Of a stretch of 25,000 nucleotides of DNA, positions 10,711 through 21,700 are shown one piece after another; within the stretch, counting starts at the first letter, position 1; each line of letters opens with the position of its first letter. A program made the position numbers and the translations under genes. The DNA is from Takakia lepidozioides (lineage: Eukaryota; Plantae; Bryophyta), in NCBI GenBank assembly GCA_030704615.1, contig JAKLZA010000014.1, positions 1 to 25,000 on the forward strand, in the 5' to 3' direction. A model generated the notes under the pieces. The model was not told where the DNA came from. It searched no databases and saw only the letters and a program-made list of their open reading frames with translations.

Positions 10711-11654
10711 CCCTCCTTCAAGATAAAACACCTTCCCGTTCCAGCTGAAACACTCAGCAAGTTCAGACCTGGGATCCAACCAAAGGCCAGAGAAGCAGGA
10801 GCTGGACCAGATGTTCCATGGGGTTTTCTTTGGAGACAGAAGAGTGTAGTTACACAGCTCCTGAAGGAGAGTAGCAGGTCACACGAGTAAACTGTTCCCC
10901 TTTTTCCCCATCTTCTGTGCTGTAAGGAGACCATCATGGGATTCAACAATCCTTGTGAGCCATGGGACAATCCAATCACGAATACAATGTAGTTTGGCCA
11001 GAACACAGGACAGAAATAGACAGAGCAAGGGAGCCTGAAAATGCACAAGCTGATGCCCTATCTGCAATGGCCTTCACTGGCTAATTGGACTCCAGGTACA
11101 TGGGCAGCACATGGAAGCATAACACTGCAGGGGTGGCATTGCCAAGCTGAAGAAGGAATATCCTAGCTCTGCATCCAAATGCTGCTCCAAGATCATGTTC
11201 CTGGCAGAAAGAATCCTATGGTTACCTTGGCACGTTTGCTTCTCTAGGGGTTCAAAGTTGCCTAGTCTGGCAACACTATAGCTCCCAATACTCGAAATCG
11301 CCAGAGCACCAGGAGGACAGACCCACTGGCAACCGCACTGCTGGGTTTCACTAGAAGGCCTCCACTATATGTCTTTCCCTGCCCAACAAAGCTGGAGCTC
11401 CCAAATCACTGGTATGTCCCAGCCACCATAGCCACACAGATACACAGACGTAGGGACGCAAAAGGAGAAGTACACATAGAAAGGATTCGAATTGGGGTAT
11501 CCTCCTATGTTGACATGCAGGCCGCTGCAAATCAATGTATGGATCCAAACCCTTACATTAGCACCTGAAGTAGGGAGAACGGGAAAACATCCACAGTAAT
11601 CACTGACTTCCCTGGATTAACGGCAGGTGTGGGAAGTACAGGTACAGTCTTTTT

Positions 11655-13585
11655 CTAGCAAATGGCCTCTTGGCATTGTATGAGAGGCTCTTTCATAACC
11701 ACTGGAGGCTCCCATCCTTGTGCCTGCAATTCAGTGCTCAATTTCTGTGCTTCATCATACAGTTTCCCGGCCAAAAGCCCCTCAACCATGGCACTATGAT
11801 CTTGCTTTGTTGCAGCTACTCCTTGCTCCCCCATGAGAATCCGGACACTAGTTGCCTTCTCGGGCTGCCCAGACTGTGCATATGCTGCATACATATTTGC
11901 ATATGCTCGTGAGCTGAGTGGCAGCCCCCGCAGCTTCATCTCTTCAAATACTCGCTCAGCTTCTTCAACAAGTCCGACCTTGCCAAACCAGCGCACCAAT
12001 GCGGTCAAGGTGGCCGGCCCAGGTTTTAATCCCGTGTTTTCCAAGTCTGTCACCACTTCCATAACCCTGCATAACATATCGGCCTTCCCAAAGGCATCAA
12101 TAAGAACCGCCACAGCCCTGTCATCTGGTTTAAGACCTGCAAATCTTATGCTCTCAAACACCACCATTGCATTCTCAGGGTCCTGGGCATGACCATAAGC
12201 ACCAATAAGTGCAGTGAATGATTTCAGATTTCCTCGAAAACCCCTCCAGTGCATCAGATCAAATATTCTTTGTGCATTATCAGCCTGACCCAACCTACCA
12301 TAACCAGTGATCAACACAACATACGTTTCTTGACGGCCAGACACCCCAGAAGATTCCATATCAGCCAACAAAGCTTCTGCTTCATGTGGCAATCCTGCAT
12401 TCCCATAGGCTGTCATCATGACATTGTAGGTGATTGCATCTGGTTGAAGCCCGGCCAATCTGATATCCTCCAACACTTGTCTTGCCCTATCCAGCATTCC
12501 AGCCCGGCCATAAACTCCTATCATTACAGAGTATGTAGCAACATCGGCAGTGATGCCCTGGTCTTCCATGTCGCGCAACACGCGTTCAGCATCAGCAGCA
12601 CGGCCTTCCTTCCCATATCTGTCAATTAACTTGGTGTAGTCACGCACCGTCGCTTCAAACCAGCTTTCTGTAAGGGCCCACTCAAAAATCTGGGATGTGC
12701 ACCATTGAAATTGATCAACTTGATTGGACGTGATTATTTTGGCTGCAATCTTTGTGAAGCATGGCTATCAGTGAGCCCAAACACTGGAAGTACACGCCTG
12801 GATCATTGCTCAGCTATGCTTCACCATTTCAATGTTCACAACAGATTCTCCTCTCTCATCCGAGATCCAAAAGAAGCAGATTATCATGTCAAAACAATTC
12901 GTCGCTCCGATGTACAAAGAGCGCTACACCCACGTGGGATTTCGCTTTCTACATTTCGCTAGAAAAGACTTCACAGAATCAGACGTGACAGGTGCAGGAT
13001 TAAACCCTAAACCCTTCTATCTCAATTCCTCTCTCCTGGCCAAGCCATAGTTAGACACCTCACCTTGAAAAACACCATGCGTTCTTCTTGGCTGTCAAAC
13101 TCCTGCAGCACATCGAGCATATCCCTTCTCACGGGTTGCATGCTGCCCACCCACCGTCGCAGAGTCTCGTACACACCAACTCCATCCTGCTCAGGTAGAG
13201 ATCGAAGGTTTTTGGTAACACGCATCGCCCTTTTTGACACTCTACCCTTAACAAGCGGCTCTGCTTTCCACCACATTCTCTTGCTCATCTTCGCAATGAC
13301 ACTGTCACCCCTTTTGATGTCTTGGGAAGCGGGCTTGCCAAACTGCAAAAGTGCGCAGTGGCTCTGACTGCATTTCTTCGTGGTGTACTTGATTTTTAGT
13401 TCAAACCTCTCTCTTTCGCCTTTAAACGTACGGTCTTCCCAAACGCTTCTCAAGATGTGTAATCTGAGAACAGTTCTAGTTTGCCCATCTGTACAACTTA
13501 AAAATGCCACCTTCCCAACGCTATTTGCTCTCAGGTTTTCAAAACGTGGGAAGAAATAGTTCGCATTGGCTACGGAGGTCTGCAT
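11655..13585 (-). CDS. P-class pentatricopeptide repeat protein, about 518 aa, At1g19525(NFD5)/At1g01970-like, probably organelle-targeted; exons 13585-13064 and 12689-11655
   Basis: Exon 1 runs from ATG 13585 to AAG|gtgagg (174 codons). After a 374-nt intron, exon 2 (cccag|ATT) reads IFEWALTESWFEATVRDYTKLID followed by nine contiguous 35-aa PPR motifs and TAG at 11657-11655. No E or DYW domain. The FEA..RDY.K.I motif is characteristic of this subfamily (from memory). Confidence 0.92.
13001..13015 (+). promoter_or_regulatory. Telo-box / two plant telomere-repeat units in the PPR intron
   Basis: taaaccctaaaccct contains AAACCCTAA at 13002-13010. Confidence 0.4.
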
Positions 13586-14086
13586 GGTAACAGAAGCACG
13601 CAGAAAACTAATCAGCTACATGCAGGTAGCTAGCTCTCTCTCTCTCTCCGACCCACACAGCCCCACTGATCCTACGTGTGTAGTGTGTACGTGTGTACCT
13701 CTGGCAGGACAATATTCAACAAACAAAATCAATTTGCTCCATAGGCTGGACCCATGAGCTTCGTTAGGATGGTTTCTAGGAATCCTGTGGTAGCTTTGAA
13801 ACTATCATTTGGTCCTCGGTTCGACCGAAGAAGAACGCCTCGTGCGATCCCTACAAACCTCTCTAGACAGAACTATGATAGTCAATCCATCATGCCGTGA
13901 TCTTCATCTATGCATTGTGATTTTTACGGCTAATGTAACTTATCTGGTTCATATTCATCCCATATACTTGACTTGTCACCTAGGTAGTTGATGCGCAGGA
14001 AGGAAACAGAGAGTCTAGCAGCGAGAGGAGAATATTTGACTTCGAATACGTGCCACCATCGCTGGCTAGCAAACCAGAGAGAGAAA
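13586..14086. promoter_or_regulatory. Putative bidirectional promoter and 5'UTRs of the PPR and METTL23-like genes, with a (CT)7/GAGA tract
   Basis: Only 501 bp separate the divergent ATGs; (CT)7C at 13634-13648. Confidence 0.6.
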
Positions 14087-17000
14087 ATGCCGAAGAGAGG
14101 GAGGGCGGAGGACTTGGTCACCGTGTCGGAGCATCACTTCGATAGTGTTGATCACCCTCATCATTTGTCTGTGTCCATATACGAGGTGGGTTTTGCTTCG
14201 TGCAGTCTAATATTGTATTCAGAGGTACACCTGTTTGTAAATCTAGTGGACTTTAGAATGTCGAGAGATGTCGCAAACTCCTTATTACTTCCATATGAGA
14301 TTTTCTGGCCATTGTTGAGGACCTCTCCCTAGATTCTTTACACAGCATTTAACAGCATTTCCTCTCTGATATGTTCGTCCAAGCACCTGAAGTTCCTATT
14401 TGTGTCAGAGGAAGAATCAGTCTCAACTTCAACATACAACGCTCCTTCTGATTTTCCAATGATAGAGAGTGCAACTGTTACTGAACATGCAAGACCAGCA
14501 CATTGCCCCTTGAATGATTGGTTCCCTTAACACAAGCCAGAGAAGTTTTCATTGCATTGGTAAGGAAGCGTGATCAAATAAAACCTGACAATTTGACACA
14601 TCAAAAATGCAGAGGCTCTAAGCAAAACCACATTGTTTACTTTCAAGCTGAGCTCAAGAGTGCATGTGCTGATTAGTGGTTGAGCAGTGAACCAAGCATG
14701 AGGAATGCAACCCTGTCACGGGCTGGAAGTAGCACGTTAAGGGATGCTTCATCCTTCAGTGCAGAATTTGTCATTGAAGGCTCAATTCATCAGATCATCA
14801 GTGCGTTGGGTGCAGGTGATGCAAGAAGATTATGGCCTGTATGTGTGGCCATGTAGCGTTGTGCTGGCAGAGTACATCTGGCAAAATCAGAGTCGTTTTG
14901 CTGGAGTGGGAGTGCTTGAGGTCCAAGAAACCCTCTTCACCTGTAAAGATATTATGATAGGATACTTAAGCCATAAACAGGGATCATCTTTCTGTTATCA
15001 TTCAGTATAGGGAGTCAGCAGTATGGGTGTAGGGGGCTGGGTGGATGGGAAGAGGCACACACAGAGGAGGGAGAGAATAAGGCTGACAGAAACTAATAAT
15101 ATCATGCCTTCATCGCCTGGTTCCGTCTTTCCCTGGTTCCGTCTTTCCTCTTCCCTCCAAGGCGATAATCTGCACTTTGTCCGTTAAACGCACCACAGCG
15201 AGCACACTGCAGGGACATACATATTCCCTGTTTCACTCTTCGGTCTCTAGAGTGTGACAGGCAGTGCAATGACAGGGCTACAGTAGCACTGTTGATACCA
15301 ATATTATGTTTTCCAGGCTGATGTTCATGCCATCCAATTCATTGAGCTGGTTTGTAGTGCTGAGTTGCATCCTTGTGTATGAGAACCCCAAGACCAGATC
15401 GGGTAGTTCAATATTCATCGGAGACTGACCTTTATAGAATGGTCAATAAATGTCTTTTTCTTATTGGATATGAGCAGCTGGGCGCAGGCACTGGCTTGCC
15501 AGGGATAGTTGCAGCCAAAGTGGGTGCTGTGGTCACTTTAACTGATCGTGAGGACCAACCCCAGGTAAAAATCTGCAGAACTATTGTTAACTTGCAGCTG
15601 GCTTCATTGGGCACTATAATTCTTATGTAGTCACACTGTCACTTGCAGTACAATCTGAAGAATGGGATGTCTATTCCATGACCTACTTGCCACAGGGTGC
15701 AAACATGGATGTGAAATTAGCAGTGTGATCCTCGAAATGAAGAGAAGATTTTCATGGCCATATACATTGTTTCACTGTCCTCACTTCATTTCACCGCACA
15801 GGAAGTTGGGGGACAACGCAGTGGAATGTGGCAACATAAGTGTGGTTTGGCTGCTGTGTATGTATGTGATAGGTCTTTGAGAACATGAAGAGGACCTGTG
15901 ATTTGAATCAAGTCAATTGCCAGGTACTGTCTCCCTTACCTCCTGATCTGTCATGTTCTTCTTATCAAGCTTTTTCTATGATTGGATGCTCAGAGACTGG
16001 AGTACTTGGTTAATGGCATCCAACCCCCGTGCTGGCTATGTACATCTGACACTAACACACACACATATTGTGTGCCACGGCTGAGCCAAAATAGCACTGA
16101 TGAGCAATGCTAAAACAAGTAACTGGCATTAATTATCAGAGGATGAAACGCACACATGAGGACCTTCAACTAAGTGAATGGTGGATCACGCCGGAATGCG
16201 AGGAGTGACAAAGAAGCAGCCTGAAGTCATTGGTGTTGGTGGCTCTTTTTTGGATTTCTTTTCATATGTCACTTCCTAGTTTCCTTGAAGCTTCTTGGTC
16301 TGTCACTTCTTCATCATTTGGTTGTTGCCATGTGTCGACTTGGGCCATCTAAGTGAGAGAGGGACGTGGGGTTAGATGGAGGGTCTCACATGGGGGCAAT
16401 GGGATGCAACGGCTTTCACCCTGCGACAGCGGGCTCAGATTGTGCTGGGAGCTGATGTCCTGTATGAAAGTAAAGGTCAGTGTCCTTTTCCCCCTATCCA
16501 TTCACACTCGTTTGCAGGATCACAAAGAAACCCTTCCTTCTCCAATGGAAGCAGGATTTGAATGCACCAACAGTATAATGGGCTCCTCTTGCTCGAATTG
16601 GAGAAGAGGAAGACATTTTCATGCCAAACTGGCATCTTGCTGCATTACCGTACGCTTCTCATGAATACCTACTCTTGTAAGATAAACACCTGAAGGGTAA
16701 AAAGTTCTCTTGGGAGATTCTGAAAGGGTATTTTCCATGCTGGGCAATGAGGACTGCAGACTTCGACGACCTATTTGCAACTGTGAAGTTCTTGTTGCTC
16801 GGCGACCCGCATGGAGTTTTCATCACCACTTATCAACGCCGCAGGTGTGCTCCTGAAAGCTCTGTTCCCTTTTCAACCCTCTCTAACTCCTAGCAAGAAA
16901 GCCTATCCCTGTCCTATCTGTACCACCCAGGAAGTACAGAGTACCATTTCTTTTTCTCCTAACCTACATACTGCCAAGGCAAACATTAGTAGGCTTTAGA

Positions 17001-17672
17001 GACTCACAGTCATCGGAAGAGGCCTTCAATTTTAAGGACCCAAAAGTGTATGGCAGCTTGTCTGCATAAGGCACTTTGTCTTCAGGTGACACTGTTTCTT
17101 GAAGTGGTATCACATTGCTTACCTGTGTCCTATGAGCCCTGGAGGGCCCCTGTTTTTGTTTTAGAAAGCTCTCTCTCACTCACTCCCTGTTTCTCTCCTA
17201 TAATTATTGTTCTACTTTGTAGTTTCTGCATGTGTTGTCCAACTTGTGTCCTTTGGGACCTTTTCACATTAATTTCCCTTTCTTGGCCAGGAAAAGTGGA
17301 TGACCAAAGATGAACTTGATCACAACCATGGAAAGCCTAAACGATGTTAGCTGGTTCAGCAAGCAGAAAATCTCACCCTCGTCAAGGACTTCTTGTGGTT
17401 CTCCAGTTTGGTTTTCTGTGTTTCACTGTTCTTTTCCGTATCCCCATTTTTCAGAATTCCTCGTCAGAAGTAGTTCCTGGTTCAGTTGGTTGCTGTTGAC
17501 TTGCAGTGGACACAGGTCAATAGAATTTCTATTGGAAAAATGGGGATTGCAAGTTGTGAGCCTGATCGACCCATCAGACTTTCTGTCTCCATCAAAGCTT
17601 TCGTCCTTATCAGTCTCTATTGAAGTGATCGAACTGAGGGTCAGGGGGTCAGGGGTCAAGGTTGATGTCTAG
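14087..17672 (+). CDS. METTL23: METTL23-like SAM-dependent protein methyltransferase (Methyltransf_16 family), about 230 aa; exons 14087-14185, 14816-14920, 15478-15564, 15873-15923, 16376-16475, 16760-16844, 17507-17672
   Basis: All six introns are GT-AG and phase-compatible (693 nt total). The spliced product has YGLYVWPCSVVLAEY, VLELGAGTGLPG (motif I), VTLTD, GLTWG, IVLGADVLY, DFDDLFATV, FITTYQRRSGHRSIEFLLEKWGL. An in-frame upstream ATG at 13991 could add 32 aa. Confidence 0.93.
15116..15147. repeat. Exact 16-bp tandem duplication in METTL23 intron 2
   Basis: cctggttccgtctttc twice (15116-15131 and 15132-15147). Confidence 0.85.
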
Positions 17673-18795
17673 AGGCTTCCCCAGGACAAGTACACGCTGG
17701 TTGCAGAACATATAGCTGGCTATGGAGGAATTGGCTGAGCTCTACCAAAAATTTTGGGTCAAGTTCTAGCATTTAAGGACTTCCTAGTCAAACTCAAACA
17801 TTGTCAATTCAAGCTACTTGCTCTGGTGAGACCGTGAACATGTATAAGGGCTGCCAAAACAGGGAACGGACTTGCCCCTGTAACATAGTACTTCAAATCA
17901 GATTGTGATGCAGTCAATCACAAGGGCACATTTTGAATGAGGGAACTTCAAGGAAGAGACTAGGACTGTAAGGTTGATGTCAACTTGGACCCTACCATTG
18001 ATTAGTGACTGAGTCTAAATAGTAAAAGTATAGACTGAGGAAGGATAGTAACATACTGTAACCAGGCAATAACCACAGGATGAGTATTGGAGTTATTTAC
18101 AGTAAAGAATCTGTTGACTCAGCCAACAAATGTTCCTTGATCTGGAACAAGTCTGCATCTGATCCAAAGAATTAAGTGAATGACCTCAGTAACCAAGAAC
18201 TTTGAAGTAGACTGTCAGCTTCCCTCTCCAGCTTGGCAACTTGGGAACTATTTTGTCTTTGGATATTCAATAACCACTCTGTACTCAAGCTTCTATTGAG
18301 GATTTTGAAGTTGGGCCACAACTCCAAACATTATGCCCCTAGACTAGGTCAGAATGTAATCAAGAGATAGTCATAAGCTGACAGACCCTGGATACATCTC
18401 CAATTTACCAGTCCATTTCCAGAAGGGTTCTGGAATATGAAGTGACAGCTTCCAGCTTTATGTACATGCAGTGGCAACTATCTAACTTGTTCTCATATTA
18501 CCATCAGCCACTGAGCATTCCACATTCCCTGCATGGAGGCTCTGACACACCTGTCCACGAGCCTTGATACTGATGGGTTGGTTGCCAACATAAGATAGTC
18601 TACGCTTGCATCCTGCAGGTTTGCGATCTCCCGTGATGCCCCCTGGCATCGAACTAAACAATTTCCGATACATGATGGTCGATTCTTTACATGTGAAAAC
18701 AGACAGATTACACAGGAGACACAGCCCCCCAAAAATTATCTTCAATTTTGCACTTTTGAAATTGGCTCACTAATCTTACCGTCAAAATGCTACAA

Positions 18796-21700
18796 CTAGT
18801 AAAGATCTCGTAACTGTTGATTTTCTCTCCGGAGAGCCTTAATCTCCTCCACAAGTTCAGCCTGCCTCACTATAAATGAATCCATCATCGCTGCCATCTC
18901 CGACTGCAAGGCGTGAAATCCACTATTTGCATCAGACATGTAAGCAAACTTCACTCAAGAAATCCTTACAACTTTGAATCCACACAGAAAACCATTTCCA
19001 TGTTGTTAGGTGATTTTGATGCAATAGAGGATAGATCCATAGATTCAGAGGTGAGACTTGAGAATCTTCCCACAAAAAACTAAATCCAGTGGTGTTTGTA
19101 GTCCTTAAAAGCATAGATTAACTCCCTGTTTGAAAGTCCATCAGATGGACTGACATTCCAGGAGTTGGTGTGCAGTTTCACCCCTTCACACTAACCATGA
19201 CACGATAGTTCAAAAGAATTTTATTACCTGTTGGATATGGAACTGCCGAAGGAGCTCAAGATGTAGGTTCTGGACATCTTCATGAATAGCTCGTTGCACT
19301 GCACCCAGGCTTTCTTCCAGGCCTCGTTGCACCAGCTGCAGCGCAAAGGATGTTGCCCCTGCCGCTTGCTGCTGCTGTTCTTGCGGCAATGATAGTCTCT
19401 GCACACTTCCCTGTACATGACCCTGCCAAATTTGAGGTCCAAAAATGTACTAGTCAATGTATTGGTAGACTTGACTTCCATGATAGGTACTTGGCTTACT
19501 CGGGAACATATTCAACTTCATGGAGGAGATAGATCAACTTCACACTTATTTTCATTCCTTGCTTTTTATTAGACCATAATCTCAAACCAGAAGTCAGACA
19601 GGCAGACCATGGAAAGAATGAGTTATGCCAGAGAAAGGGTGGAAAGAGGCTTACATTCGATCCAGCAGGGGAAGTCCCTGGAACAACTGCAGAATCGGAC
19701 CTTAAACCAAAACCATTTTCAAAATCTTTCTTCCCATCAACACCTCCAGAAACTCCTGCCCTCTCATCTCGTCTCTCTAACCCCGACTTCCGTTGCCTTG
19801 GTGACAACACAACCCCACTACCCAATAGCACCTCCCCGGAAGAGCTCGGCAGGGAGCCGGGAAGGGATCGCGAAAAGCTCGTATGCAAATCTCGGCCCTC
19901 ATACGCCGACAATTTCCGAGATGCGGCCATGGATGTTGCTTCCAAGTCACCATTTTGTGGCCCATTTGTTTGCTGACCTACAGAAAGAATAGTTGGGCTA
20001 CCATTAGAGATGGAAAGAGGTGACTCTAGATCCGAGGAAAGCCGGGGTGGTGTCTCTGTTGCTGAAAAAGAACCAAAATTCTGGGCTAGTGTTGTTGCAT
20101 ATGGTGCACCAGGTGGTGGCACACTCTCCAAGGCTGCTGCTGATGCAGGCATTGCATGTGGATCGAGGCGAGAGGACGGAATTGCTCCAGAGGAAGGAGG
20201 GGCTGTGCAGTTTGAAGCGAACCTTGATAATCCACCAAAGGGATACTGTCAGCAACATGCTTTCAAGAGAAGGAAAGAGATGTTAAGAGAGGAAACATGT
20301 AAAAAGCCAATAGTTGGCTCCATAACAGATTGCAGAAGCGATGGTCATCACCACATCAAGTAGTGGCGCTAGATTGAATGCCTGCACTGCATGGTCCCCA
20401 ATTTGGCAAAACACAGATTGAAACAGGATTGCATCCTGAAACAATGTCCCTGAGATTTCCATGCCGTCTCTAAAGTAGTTCTGCACAACTGTAATGAGCA
20501 ACCAAAGAAACCTCAAAGCTGCATGACAGCCAGGTACAAATAGGAGAACATGAGAAAGGTTGAACCTGGACATGGTAGCTGGTTGGCGAAAGGGACCCCT
20601 TTCTATGGCTTCTCCACCCCATGCCTCTGGGGGAGTCACAGAGGGCGACCTTTCCAACTTAGTAGATAGCCCAGACGGTGGTGTGGAAGTACTAGGTGAG
20701 CTTGGGGAATTTCTTATCTGTACCTCATCCTGCAGTTTAACCCAATGATACAGAACAGCCCATAAGTGCACATCTTATAGGACCTAATTACAAACTGATA
20801 TGAGACTGCAAACAATTGAAAATGAAATGGATGTCTTTCCAATTTCCAGATGATATACAGCCGATTGCTATGCCATATTGGCTCAAGTGCACCTTTATAA
20901 TACCAGACAACTGGAAACTCATGCCATCCACTATCACAACAGCTTACCTGATGTGACCCTGAACGGCGCTCCACACTACTGCGGGGCTCCTCCTTCAAGT
21001 CATCAATGCTCGGAAACCGACGGACACCTGATGCTGTTGGCGAGCCCCACACCCTCCTCAAGGTATTGTCTCCCCCAAGCGATGCTATCTCCTTTTTAAA
21101 ATCATCCCCACCTGCCCCTCCATCCCAAAAGTTTGAGAGTGATGGTGTTATGGGCTGCACGTCAACCAATGGTGAAAACACCTCCATATCGTCTTTTCCG
21201 CTGATGAATGAGTTCGGAATGCGGGGGGTCTGAATACGGGAGATTGTGCCATTTGACCAAGAACGAGAGGTGGAGAACGTTGAGGCATCTCCTCCTGCCG
21301 ATTTTGGCCTGGTAGAAGTGACCCCAGGGACAGAAGCTCCACTAATGCCTGAGGCTGGGCCCACAGTGCTGTCCTGACTGGGAAACGGACTTGTCCAGGT
21401 GGATGGTTTCACCGGAGCTGCTGTGGTGGACATTCGACCTCGTGTCACCAGGCCTGAGGCAGGGAGGGGATCTGGCATGATTGCTGACTCTTCACTACTA
21501 GTTCCCAGAAGTGCAGACTCGACAGAGCAGCTCGATTCTTTCACAGCTATGGGATTGGAGCGCTGCCAACTCAAGCTCGTCACAGCCTACATACAGATCA
21601 GGCAGATAGGGTTAATCCACAACAGAAAGAACGCAGGCAGTTTGAAGTTCCTATTTCAGATTATGGAACCAGAGTGGCAGCTCAGGACTGCTTCAATGAC

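Noticed and set aside
11670-13367. Plus-strand ORFs overlapping the PPR gene
   Set aside because: Antisense shadows of a real CDS or intron ORFs, with no recognisable domains.
15204-15267. Active hammerhead ribozyme
   Set aside because: The catalytic core CUGANGA and the NUH triplet are missing; kept only as a generic structure finding.
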